In this document: piece after piece, positions 1-12,893 of the stretch
Position numbering within the stretch: the first letter of the stretch is position 1
Layout of the letters: every line of letters begins with the position of its first letter
Assembly: GCA_907165135.1 (NCBI GenBank)
Contig: OU015567.1
Location: forward strand, 11,408,001 to 11,472,000
Reading direction: 5' to 3'
DNA: 64,000 nucleotides
DNA from: Oikopleura dioica
Taxonomy: Eukaryota; Animalia; Chordata
Program-made: the position numbers and the translations under genes
The notes under the pieces: generated by a model
The model's database searches: none
Seen by the model: only the letters and a program-made list of their open reading frames with translations
What the model was told of the DNA's origin: nothing

Positions 1-319
1 TTTTTTCACATGCTTCTAAATAGTTCTCACAAAAATCACAAAAAACACCAAAGACAGACTATTGAGATAGGTAAATATGACTGTAGCCGATCTCAAATTT
101 CGTTTTAACATTGCATAATTTATTGCGTGCAAATATTTCGTCTCTGACAGGAATTTTCAATTGAAGCAGAAGGTACTGTTGATGAAGGTGCAATAAATAA
201 CTTCAAAAATAATCTGAAACAATATTTTTGAAAACATCGAAATCGTAAAAATAAGGCATCAAATGAGGATAAGGCGAGCGGTTACTGAGAAGTACGGAAG
301 AGAAAAATCAATCGTTGCA

Positions 320-1274
320 TCACTGAGTCTGAGCAAATGTGCCGGAGCCGACTCCATACCCAAACCCTTTAGGGCCGAAATTCTTGCCATAGCAGCTTTT
401 GCAGTAGATTTCCTTTTCCCGCTCGGTGATAGTTGTTGAATCCAAACGCTTATTGCACAAAGCACATTTTACGCATTGCTAAAGATAAAACAGTTACTGC
501 TTTGGCTCAATATTAGTTTTATTACCTTGTGCCAGTTGATTCCATTTGCAACCATTTTCTCGGCAAAGTAAACTCTGTCATTGCATCGCGGGCATCGGTC
601 GTTTCCTGCCTTGTAATTCTCCGGATATTTAGTCTTTCCTGCTGGGGCAGCTGCGGCCGGAGCGGCGCCTAAGAAAAGTATTAAATCGTCACATTGGCAT
701 TTTAAAAACGCGTTGATTTGTAAGGTGTCTCTGGAACGTACCGGTTCCGACGGGTGTAGCAGCCGGCGCAGCTTGCGGTTTGTGAACAAAGTTCTGAGGC
801 TGGGCTTGTTCAGAAGACATTACTCCGGCTCCGCCATTGCCAAATCCGTAGCCACTAAGAACAAAAAATTATCGAATGGATCCTGTTGGAGGGTCTTACC
901 TTGGACCGAAGTTTTTCCCGTAGCATGACTTGCAGAACGGCTTTTCATCGCGAATACAAACGAAAGAATCTAAAGACTGCAGCACAGGTTATTTGAAATT
1001 CAAGGGCAACGGCAAAATGTAAATATAATTGATAAATACAGTCTTCATATAAGAAAATATGGATGTGTCGAATTAATATATTTTCAATCACGCTTGTGTT
1101 CACCTTCTTGCACGCGATGCATCTGAAGCAAGCTTTGTGGAAAGTCCCAGCTTCAGAGATTTTCTCTTCTGCCTAATAACAAGTTACTAACAGTACTTTC
1201 AGTAATTATCTGACCTTATAAACAGTCTTTGTGCAGGCAACGCACTTGGGACCTCCTCCGAGAACAAGTGGCAT
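320..1274 (-). CDS. CSRP: Cysteine- and glycine-rich protein / muscle LIM protein (two LIM domains), multi-exon
   Basis: Spliced translation: [20 protein letters not shown]|[20 protein letters not shown]|[35 protein letters not shown]...[24 protein letters not shown]|[52 protein letters not shown]. Two LIM domains, each followed by the CRP Gly-rich repeat; GT-AG introns. Confidence 0.93.
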
Positions 1275-1623
1275 TCTAAAAAGTAGGAAAATGTGTGAGT
1301 CTCTTTATGAAATTATGAGTCTCTCCCAAGAAGAGAAGTGAAATGCGGCGCCCTTTTTGTTTTACGTTTGAAGAAAATAGTGCTGCGCCACGTTAAATCG
1401 AGGGAGACCACACTCAAGCACACGTACGCTATGATGATGTCATGACTGTATCCGCTACTGACTGTAGTCCCTCGCGTAACTAAATACAAGGTACTTCCTC
1501 AAGATATTATTTGTTATATGATATATTATTTGATATAACTTATATCTCAAGTTATCACACGACTAGTTGCATATATAGACTCATGTTGATAGAACGAAGA
1601 AGTGAAGTGGTGAAGTTGAACTT

Positions 1624-4600
1624 TCAAAACTCAGTTTCGATATTTTCATATGTTGAGGACCAGTGAGGAAAAAGCAAACAGAAGTTGGACGGCTCCGAAC
1701 CAGCGAAAATGTCCACGATATTTTTTTCTTAAATTTTATCGATCAACGATAAATTTTTAAGAGCCTGAACTTACGATCATCGATTCTTTGAGCTATAGCG
1801 CGGGCAGCAAGATATAATTTTCCGTAAAAAGTAGCATTGTCGACGGATTCGCGTTGCTCTCGCCAAATATAGAGCGCTTTTGTCGATAAAAGAATCGAAA
1901 TTGGCTTGAGTTGAAGTTGCTCGAACCGGTAGTGACTATTCAAATGACGGCACTCCGCCTTTTTCAAGATTTCTAAAAGAATTCCGTATATCTAAGTCTT
2001 TTAGCTCATTAATTCGTAAATACAAATCTTTCCTTCATGGGCGTAAATCTTCCATTAACGTTTGCTACTATCCATATTTGAACAATTCTCTCTTCCACAG
2101 CTGCACGATGCATAGGTTTGTGAAGTTGGTGAATGAGCTCTTCAGATATTGAATATCCATCCTGCTCATATTGTTGAAGAATATATGGGCAAACTGGCGA
2201 GGCTTGAGGGTTGATAATTTGAATTTCTGCCGTTCTTAACGACTCAATAATATAGCTTTGACGAGGTAGAAGGTCGGGCTTTTTTGAGGTTTTTCTTCTT
2301 TCCTTTGAATACACATGTATCACATTCTGGATGTGAAATTCAACATGATCATTGCGAACCTGTCCTGAATGGAATCAATCTCTTTAAGGTACATAGATGT
2401 TTCTGTTTCTCCACCAAGGAGGAACAATTTAACTAGCTCATTATCGGAATCTTCTTTTACAAAACGAGCGCGTCCCCTCCAAGCTTTCATAAAGACTTCA
2501 GGTTCAAGTACACCAGAGACATTTACAAAGACGCCTTATTATTGTTGAAATGAGAGGCCAGAAGACAGCTAATTATAAAGTAGTGGTATTGACAACACCG
2601 AATTGTTATAAAAAAAAAGTAGTCAAGGTCATTTGCAACATTCCTAGTTTCAGCTCATTTGCCAAAAGAGCTAATTGACCCCGGATATGATCTGAAGCTT
2701 TCGGTCCGCTCCAAATAAATGTCAGTTGTCTTGCAGCTCCTCGTTTGTCTTCAGTCTTATTCTTTAGAATTTTATATTATCATAAAAACAAGTCATCATT
2801 ACCTTTGCTTTCTTACTGCCCTTCCACCGACCTGTTCCAGAAATCGAGAACGTCCAGATAAGAAGCAATACGTCATCTTCTTTCAAAATGAAGTTTTCTT
2901 TCAGATTTCTCTCCACGACAGCACCGTTCTGAATGGTCTTTGCCGAATAGGCAATAGTTGCGACATTGAGAATGCGCCCATCATCATCAATTATCTCTCC
3001 ATCCCCTGAGGAGACGTTGAATCTGCCAGATTTGACTCTCATCGGAAGGAGCTCTTGATCGAGGTCTAAGAATGCCACTTCTTTCAAATCAAGATCTCCT
3101 GATGATGCGCTTTGCTTCGAACTGACAGATTTCTTTCTGAGTGCAGCTTGTGGAGTGATAATGTTTTGCTGATCTTCACGAAGCCAATTCGAGAATTTTT
3201 CCGTGAACAAAGCTGTTTCACGATGAGCAGTAACCTTTGCAAAAATGTGCCACTTTTTTCTTTCGAATTTTTCCCAAATCTGCTTTCCAAGCTCTTCTCC
3301 AGCACGTCTTGCAGCGAATGAGACTTTTGGGCCAATCCAAGAGTAAACTTCAGAGCCAAACTCGAAGATGAAAAACTCGGTTTCCTGAAGAAGATTTTGC
3401 TCTGGTCGCACTCCCCATGCTTTTTCTTCTGGAGAGAGTTTGTATTTATTTCCGACTTCGTGAAGTCGCCAGCAGCGGTAATGACTTGAACAAGCGTTTT
3501 CATGATTCAAATCGGACTCATCAGCACTAGTCTCCATCTTCGTCGGAATCTTTGACTTGGAGCCCAGGATCTTCCAAAAATCTGGCGAATCATCCGCATC
3601 TTCAACAACTTTTGCGTGTGTCCCCAACTGCCCAGTTTTTGTTACTAGTTGAGCGAAATCACGGGCGCGGTTTTTCTCTATAATGTTTGACGCTTGCGGA
3701 AGAAAAGTAAAAACGCGTTCAGATGTGACGAGAACGAATGAGTCGTGGTGGGAAAGACGCTTTGCGCGTGGCGAAATAAGCTCAACTGCCACTTGACGAC
3801 GGCCTTTGAATCGAATAAGCAGAGGATTCTTTGAATACTGAGAGTTCTCTTCGCCATCACGCTGGGTTTTGCGTAATCGAATCTGAAAAGAAGGCTTTAG
3901 AAAATTTTGAAATCAAGGATGAGAATCTTACTTTTGTCACATCTTCCGTCGCTTGAAGAGCTGATGTTGCGCAGGTTGCCATTTGTTTCATTGGATCACC
4001 TTTATTAGCGTTATTGATATAAATGTTAGTTTAGGACTTTTTACCTTGACACATTTTCATAGCCAAATCCGTTTTTTGCTCAGAATAACTGCTCTCTCCT
4101 TGAGCTACCGTCTTCATTGGATTTATAGATCTTGGCCTACTCTGGCTTCTCGGTCTTCTCGGCCTTTTTGGCTGGTCTGTAAGAAGTGGAGCCCTGTTCT
4201 TTCGATCATCTGGGGCGAAGTCGTCAATATCAACAGCACCACCGTACTCTGCACTCTTTTCTACGCCAAATTTTTGATCAACCGATTGGTGTAAAATGTT
4301 ATCAAGTTCCTCTGTGTCAATCTGAGGCAGATTACGGACAACTGTTGATGAAACTGTTAGTTGTTTGTCTTGTTGATTCGACGAGCTCGTCGCAATCTTT
4401 TCGATGAAGGATTCTTTTGAAAAGTTAGCATGCGGTCTTAAAAACTATGGACTCACTTCTTGATGCGACAGGAGAATTGACATCTAGTGAAAATGAAATG
4501 TCTGGAACTGCACTTTTTGGTCGTTGACGACGCATTTTTGGAACATCCTATAAATTGCAGTTATTCATGCTTTGCTTGCCAATACTAACATCATACAACT

Positions 4601-7600
4601 TTCCAGTTCAAAAAGAAGACTTGGAAGTTTAATTCTTGTTTTGGGCACTTGTTACCTTAGTTTATTCCTAAGACAAGATATATTTCAAATTTGATTGTTT
4701 AAATAATTTGCGCAGAGAAAAGTAAGGTAACAGGTGGCCAAAACGATGGTGCCTGTGGCACCAGAAAGTAGACTGACCTTATCATCAGATCGTGCTTTTT
4801 TGGAGGTAGAGCGGAGTTGGACTGGAGTTGATGGAGCTTCCATTGATTTTTGAGGTGATTGAGGTAAATTTGGCGAGGCATTTCTAACTGGTTCAGAAGA
4901 TTTGCTTGTTGGCATATAGATTTTATTCGGCAAAGGAGACTAGAAACAACTTTATGCACCGATAAATATTTTTGACTCTTACCCCCATTTTCTCTCCATA
5001 TCGCGCCTCTAATTGTTGCAACTTCATCGATTTTCTCGGCGAAGGAGTGCTTTGATTACCAACTTCTGGTACTGTCACTTTTGGTGGTGCAGGAGTAAGA
5101 AATCCGCCTTTGCGATGTTTTCCTACAATGCCGGCTTGGGCTCGCTTTTCTGGTTCTTTTTCATGATTTTCTTCTTTCTTCTCTGATTCATCTTTCTTCG
5201 GCAGTTGAATTTTCTCAGGTCTGGGAAGACGTTTGAAATCAGTTGCTTCAATTTCTTTCTTCTGAACATTGAAAGGACTAGTCTTAATCCTCAGCGAAGC
5301 GCTTCTTCTCAGCGGTGCAGAGCTTTTTGAGTTCGAATTGTTCGAGTTAGCAAGAGACGTGTTTGATCCAAACTTTCGAGCCATGTCCCTGACAGAGCCA
5401 CTTCGTTTGAATAGCCCTAAGTCCTCTTCTTCAGTGAGTTGAATTTCTTTGGGGCTATCGCGCGCCACTGGAGCTTTCACGATGTCATTGAAGAAACTGA
5501 GTCTGTTGGCGAAGACATTTTTGCCAGTAATAGCTCTATTTAGCGGATGTTATTCAGAAAAAGAATATTGTAACTTACTCTTCGACAATTTGCTCATTTC
5601 TAAGTTCAGTTGCATTTCTATGTTTCTCTATCATCTCCAGATCAGCCTTGCTTTTGGAAGGCTCGCATAAAAGCGCATATTTTGGAACAACTTGTCTCAT
5701 AAAAATAATTTTTTTAATGAAAAATAAGACACTTCTTTGCTCTGCCAATCGAGCCAAACTGATCGCAAACGCGATTATTTTTTAAATTTATTCGAAATTA
5801 TATTTTGCATTTCTAGAGGTTTCATATGTTTTTCGAATAAGTCATTTTAGAGTCTGTTAGACTCGTTTTTTCTTGTTATCGTGCATTTTGATTAAATTTT
5901 TATTGTGCGAGCGGTTCCTGAAAACGGGCTGGGAAACTGCACGCATTGCACGTGGTCGGCGAAGTTTCCCTTGTCGTCTCAAAACGCTAAGAAGAAATTT
6001 TGATTGGCTTTGAAATATAAATTTCAAGAAAAGAAATTTTTGATTGAATAGAATTTTACCTGTTGTTATTGGACTCGTTAGTTTCGTGAGTTTCCGATTG
6101 ATTTTGTGCTGGCAGTGGAGGTTTGTTAGTGATTTCATTAGTTTTAGTTTCGCTTGAGTTAGAGGTATGTACAGATTTGCTGACTGGATCTGGGCACGGT
6201 TCGGGAAACTCATCTTCGTCTTCCGAAACGGTTATATTATCAGCGTTCGGCTCAGCGACCGGATCGTCGGGAGGGACGAGAACTGAATTCGATCTCTCTG
6301 GAAATTCCTCTTCGGCATCAGATTTTGATGAGCCCGGCTCTTCCCCGAGTGTAAGCAGATTTTCCGTTTCAGTATCACTCTTGCTGATAGATTCTTCTTG
6401 CGCGCTGAGATAGACACTTTCTGGGTCAGTTTCTTTTCCATCTTCTCCCTCTTTTGGGAATTCGTGCTCTTGCTCTTTATCTAATGACTCGGAGTTGTCG
6501 ACGATGTCTTCAGATAATGAAACCGGCACTTTCATCGCTGGGTTCAGAGGAGTGCTGAGTTTGACCTCTTCGTAATCATCTAGAGTGGAAGTAAATGTGA
6601 ACATGATTTGCTAGATTAGACAAACCGAATTCAGAAGGCACCGACTCATGACAAGATTTTAGAGCGTCTGGTGTTTCCAATTGATCAGCATATGCATTAG
6701 CATCCTTCATTACAAATTAATCACTTCGGCTTAAAAGTTTGTTACCTCGTGAGGGTCATCTTCTGACAATGACTCGTCAATGATGATCTCATGGCCTCCG
6801 ATGTCTTCCGATTTATCTTCCATCTCATCTTTTTCGACTCCCTCAAATTCTTCGTCACGATCAACTTGCTCGATTTCTTGGCTGACATCATCAACCGTCA
6901 GATCCAAATCTTCGATAATTGCTCGCGCTTGACTTTCGGACAGATTCACCTCATCAAGAAGCGCGTCTTCATCAAGAGTCATATTTCGGACAGGTGGTCG
7001 TTCACGTTTCGTTTCGTTTAGCTGTCCACGGGTATTGTCTGTGTAAAGGACTTCATCGTCAGACTCTGAATCAGCACGGCGTCGCTGAACCTGCGTCTTT
7101 TTCTCCCACATAAGTCTGGCGCTTCGAGAACGAGTTAATGCTTCTTCACGGTCCTCAGCGGAAAGAGATTCTTGGCGGATTGATCGGCCTGAAATTTGCA
7201 ATCAAGGAGGAGTACAAGTTCAAACTTGGCTTTGACTTTCTCATTCTCTCATGTCCAATATTAATAATATTATATTATTTAAGCGGTCAATATTGACACT
7301 TACCTGAGGCGGATCTATTGATCGTCTGTTCAAGTGCAGTTCTTTTATCTCTCAAGCTGCCCGAGTATCCAAGCGAGATAGCAGGCTTCTTCTCCGCCGG
7401 TGGTGAACTATCTTTCTTCGAAAATTGCTCTTCAATCTGTTTCCGACGCGTTTCAAGCGTTTGCAGCTCGGACAACGATTCTCTTCAAACATGATTGTTT
7501 TCTGTCAAGCGACTTGATTTAATACCTTGCATTGTTTGTAGTGCTAGAAGTGACGACTTCCGGTTTCTTTGATAGCTTTGTCTCCCACTTATCAAGCATT

Positions 7601-8026
7601 GACTTTGTGTCGATAGGCGAAGGATCCGTACTTGAAGCGACGACTTTATAGATGCTCAGAAACCAGGTTTAGGGATGAAGAATAAACATTCATCAAATTT
7701 GGGTGATCAAAATACTTCCCTTGAAGAAAATATTTAAGAGCATTTGCCTAAATTTCTCGCTTGAGGAATCGGAGCTTTTTCTTCGAGCTGGAAATCCTCC
7801 TGTATCTTAGACGGAGCACTAGTCGGATTCGTTCTGTATCCTTCATCATCAGAGCCTTCTGAAAACGAAGCGTCTGAGAAAATTTCTTCTGAGTTGATAT
7901 CTGAGCAGCTGGCATCTGAGAATAATGAAGCGTCGCTTATCAGAGGATAAAATTAATTATATCGAAGATAATTAGCTTTTAAAGGTCATTAAATATTATT
8001 TATCCTTTCCTGCTCGTTATGTCCAT
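1624..8026 (-). CDS. SVIL: Supervillin-like protein (long disordered N-terminus plus gelsolin/villin repeats); 5' end approximate
   Basis: LIRFKGRRQVAVELISP is the supervillin G1 signature. Gelsolin motifs FIFEFGSEVYSWIG and RETALFTEKFSNW. Last repeat ends FAGSEPSNFCLLFPHW..ETEF* at 1624. Acidic, low-complexity exons at 4685-7940. Confidence 0.85.
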
Positions 8027-9353
8027 TTTCTCTCTCTTCGATGATCTTCTTCTCGATTTCTCGTTGTTCTGAAAACAAAAAAAAAATATTTCAAAATCAC
8101 ACGACCATGACGTTTGTAAAACTAGGCGACGGTTCTTATCAAAGAAAAAGTCTTCAAAAGAAGATCACGAGTCTGGGAAAAACTAGGAGAAACAAAATTA
8201 TCACACAGTTGTTGGATCGCCGAAGGTAAACACTTTGTGTAAATTCCATTTCTGGACCGAGAAAAGCAAACAAATTAGCCAGTTCATATCAGTTTTAAGG
8301 GACCATAATGATAAGTCTTTAAATTTGCAAAAGGATGTCATTATTCAAGAATTTCAGGTCCGGATATGAAAATGTTCTCTTGGTGGGTAAATTTGATATT
8401 TATTATAATTAATTCATTATCTTTAAAAAGGAAGAGTCGAATAAGAATTCAAAATATCTCTATTTAGCTGGTGGCTTTTTGAGCATCAGAAATGTCAAAA
8501 TCGGGTCTGAGATGCCGCCTGCTCAAATAGAGCGCAATTTCTTCCATCGACAAACATCTTTATTAGGCTCGGCTATTCTGAGATTACTGAGAAAATGTCA
8601 CGCTCATTATAATGCTGCAGAGGAAAATATACTGAGATTCGTTGTTAGGCAGGACTTTGCGGTCGATCAGGGGCATGTGGAATTACGAACTTTTTTAAAT
8701 TCATTTGCTCTTATTTGAAATTGAGATACACGCGTCCTTGGGCTAATTTAGAATATCGTGAAATTTGAAAATTCAATATTTGATTTTCAGTTTTTCTAAA
8801 ATGTCTTCCTTGGTTTGTTTGATAATAACACTAAATTTACCTCTCGAAATTCTCTATGCGATCTTGAGAAGAACAACAGAGCCTCGTAAAAGCGCGAGGG
8901 AAGCTGAGTAAGATCTCACTCGTAAGAAATGACTTTTCAAAATCGTTAATCAAGAATCAGAAAGATCCACATATTTATTACATCAATAAACTTAGCGCCA
9001 GCTCTTACTAATAAAAAATCCCAATCTTTTAATTAAGGATACAGCATGAATAGGTGTGGGAAAAACATGGTGTCTCTCTGAGCTGTGATTGAGTTAGTCA
9101 GGAGATGAGCCGCAATTTGCATTTTGTCGATCAATACTTATGCTCACCAGAAAATAAATTACGCCGACATATATTTCATAAAAAATAAACGACACTCTAC
9201 TCTTCTCGGGATATTTTTGATAACTCTCGTGCGAAAAAAATATTTTTGCAAAAGCTTTGTTTCCCACAGGCACTTTCGGTAAAGAAAAATCAATTTAGAT
9301 GAATGCATAATTTAGCCCAAGCATTTGAACCCGTCAGTTCCATCCGAATGGAA

Positions 9354-10250
9354 TTATGCACGAATATCTACAGCCAGGTCCCGGAGAAGTGATTTTTTAT
9401 TTATAAGCTCGCTTACCGGTGAATTTTGATGAGAGAACGTGACCTCCTTCTTCTTACTTGGCTTGAGATTTTTAGCTTCATTTGGAAGGGTGGCAGTCTT
9501 TGTCTCTTGAGGGAATTCTTTGATTTTCTTTTCTTTTGGAGGACTTTCAGAAGCTACGCGGGCGGATGAACGAGTGCGAATCTTCGGCTTCGGCGCTTCC
9601 TCGGACTTTGTTTGCTCTTTTCTAGCACTTTTTCTCGATATAACTGGATTTGGGCAACATGCATCTTTCTTTGCATGTCTGAGGTTTGCTCTACTGACTC
9701 GTTTGGTCGTTGGAATAGTCTTTTCATCACTCTCTGCTTTCTTATTTCTTATAACAACAGATCTATCATCTTTTTGCAAATCGCTCTTTCTGATCGAGGC
9801 TCAGCAAAACCCGGCAAAGAAACGGGAAGGAAACGCAAGTAAAATGCCAAAAAGACAATTTGGTGGAGCCTTTCCTTTGATTTATTGGCGCTTTTGAAGA
9901 GCTGGGACGGCTCCTAGTCCGCGCACGTGTCACGCTTGGCGACGAGCGCAAGGAGTTGCGGAAATTGCTGTCCGACGATGAGAATGGAGCGCGGAAATCA
10001 TCGCTCATCTAAATTCACACCTTTCCAATTCTAGTCTTAAATCTAACGAAAATATAAAAGTTAACCATCGTTCAAAAATATTTCTTCATAAATCATTTTT
10101 TAGCACACTTTACTTTTGAAAACATCGTTGAACTCTTCTACTTCTATCTTATTCTCATAAAAAAAGTAGATTATTATACGTCTCCTCTTCACTCAATCTG
10201 TCGAGCTTTGAAGAGGAGACATGAGGATTTACTACCGCCAGAGTCGCCAT
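9354..10250 (-). CDS. Basic Lys/Arg/Ser-rich low-complexity protein (orphan, or upstream exons of the supervillin locus)
   Basis: ORFs 9354-9779 and 9766-10008, plus a putative first exon MATLAVVNPHVSSSKLDRLSEEE at 10250. No recognisable domain. Confidence 0.4.
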
Positions 10251-12056
10251 AAACTCCTGCTTTTTAAATTGATTACTGCGTTGCTTAATAAGACTCCCCT
10301 GATCTAGCTCAACTTTTTACTTTATTAGCTGATTGCTTTCTACATTTTTCTTCCTTAAAAATCACAGTAAAGTCATCAAAATATTCGAATCGATCAATAA
10401 TTTGTGGCAAAATAGAACTTACTGTTTTTGATACTCAAAACACTCGTGGAAATTCAAGAGCTTCTCTCAGGTTTCTGCATTCTTCGCAAAGTTCAATAGC
10501 AAAATTGAAATTTGAAAATTTTTCAACCTCCTCCGAGAATAACGGAATGCGGAAGTTAATCTAAGAAAAACAGACGGACAGATATTAATTCGGGAAATTG
10601 ACCAAACGACTGCCTCGGGGCCAGAACTTCCTCCCTTTTTTTGAACGGAGCAATAAATAGTGCGATGAATAATCCGCATTTCTAGCGTCAAATTGAGCCG
10701 CATCGTGGATTATTGCAGGCATTTTGAGGGATAAAAGTGGCTTATTCGAGTGCTGATAGCAAGGAAGAGAAAATTTGCATATTTGGGCCTGCTTTGCATA
10801 AATCTCTCATGATCACTCCTGCTTGTGAATTGTAATATTTCAATAAAAATGAGACGTGTTTTTGTTGAATTTATAAATTTATTCTTTGGGAGACCAGAGC
10901 GTAAAAGTGATGACTATTGCAGAATTTGGAGGCCGAAATCGAGAAGGTCGCGAAAAATCCACACAATGGAATTAAACTAACCTTTTTTTTCTTATTTTTT
11001 TTGTTTTCTACTTGCCAAATTTCCACGCAGGACTCGATTGAACATTTGACGGTGGTAGAAAAATTGTTTTCATTTTGAGTGAAAAAGGGGTTGAGCACTG
11101 CGGTGGAAATAGAGCAATTAGAAGTGGGTTTTTGGAGGTATAGTTGTGCAGTATTCGTAGTGATGAGAAAGGGAAGGTTTTATCTCTGACCGATTAGTAA
11201 CTGCTCGATTATATAAAGCTTGAACAAAAGTTAAAGGTTCATAGAATAAAGGGTTACTAATGAAAGGGGGTCAGTATCCACGATTTAAAACTACTAAATG
11301 GGCATGTTGGAGGAGCAAATCATTTTTCAGATTCATTTTTTGAAACTTGGGCAGGAAATCTTAGATAATTCAGTTTGAGATAAAGAACATACTGTCACTT
11401 TTTTCAACTTGAAGTTATTTTCTATTTTTGAGCGGGCAGAAAATAACGATAAGTTCAAAAAAGAGAGCAGCAAAAATCCAAATGAAATACAGAAAAAAAT
11501 GCACCACCTCTCGAATTGTCAAGAAAAATGGGCATTAAATTCAGTAAGAAATTGAAAAAATAATGCTGATACGCAAAGGCCGAAAGCATAAAAACAGCGC
11601 CATCTATTGAGAGGATAAAGGAGGTCACACGCTGCAGGGCACGGCAGAGAAAATTGAGGGGCTTGGCGAAAATAAAACGAATGCGATGATGGGCGTTTAG
11701 GGCGAAAAGCTTGGGAGGTTGCGATGGTTTGGAAACTTGGACTAGGAGGAGCAGACCGAATCGGTTTGATTACAATTTGACTTTTACTGATTTTTATGGT
11801 GTTTTTACGCTTCAGGAGTTTGAAGGACGATTAGCTTGGAGTTTAAAGTTTTCACGAGTGCTGTACCAAATGAGGTTGAATTGAACGTTAATTGTTTCTT
11901 TGGGCAAAAACGTAAAAGGAACAAAACTTAAAATTATCAAGATAGGACAAATTTGAACAAAAAGCACAACCAACCACGGTGATGTGAATGTTGGTGTGTT
12001 GGGTATTGAAATATGATTGATAAATTTAGATTTTTTGGCTGAGCTTCACGGTCGAA

Positions 12057-12893
12057 TTAGGGTCCGACCTGCGGAACAGGCTCCGGCGGCGTCCGGAAAA
12101 GGTTGAACGACTTTCGGGACAGAAGCGGAGAGTCAGGAACAGCAGGAACAGGACGGTCGAGGTAGACTATGGTTCAGAGCTCTCACCCGAGCGAACTCTA
12201 AGAAAGAAATTAGAAGCTACATCATGTTAGAATTGGCGAACCTTGATGAGTTGGTCGGGATCAGTTTCTGTGAGATCGGTCTGAACTGGGAGGAACAGGC
12301 CGAACTGATCGAACAGGCCGAGGCTAGAATCCTCTGGGACTTGTGGTGATCGATTTTGATGGGAAGTTGGTTTTTCTTGTGACTTTTCGGAATTGGTCCT
12401 TTCTTCGGGGACGTGAGGGAATTTGCTGTTTTCTGGGCCTAAAAGAGTGTCGAAATGACCGGTGGTTCAATTGTCTTACCAAAAAATTTAGGGTCTCCCT
12501 GTGAGGACTTGATACTCTCGTGGAACATTTTTTGAATCGCATAAGTTTGATAATCGTCTTGAACAGAGCGGTGTGCCCGCAGGCGCGTTCTTTCCTGGCA
12601 AAAAGTTGTCTTCGTCAACGGATGATGCTGCTTATTGCCTTCAGGTCAGTAGCTTGTTTTCTGGCTTCATTTTTCACGCTTCGAACGCGAGAAAAGATTT
12701 GCCTAGTACTGAAAAAATGATTAAAACCCTTGTGAAAGATAAAATATATATAAATCAAGTGAAGGCCCTGAGGCTCGCGAAAGATCACGAGATAAATTGA
12801 GATTGTTTACTTACGAAATGAGGTAGAGCGGTTATGCAGGGGTTAGCTTCAAGCTTTTTGTCGAGTACTCGGACAGTGGAGTCGAACTTTCAT
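12057..12893 (-). CDS. Orphan multi-exon protein
   Basis: MKFDSTVRVLDKKLEANPCITALPHF|gtaagt, followed by open exons ANLFSRSKRENEARK, ERTRLRAHRSVQDDYQ, GPENSKFPHVPEE and ..PPEPVPQVGP*. Last junction unresolved. Confidence 0.45.

Noticed and set aside
3084-3503. Overlapping alternative-frame ORFs in supervillin and other genes
   Set aside because: Shadow frames of established CDSs with no independent motifs.
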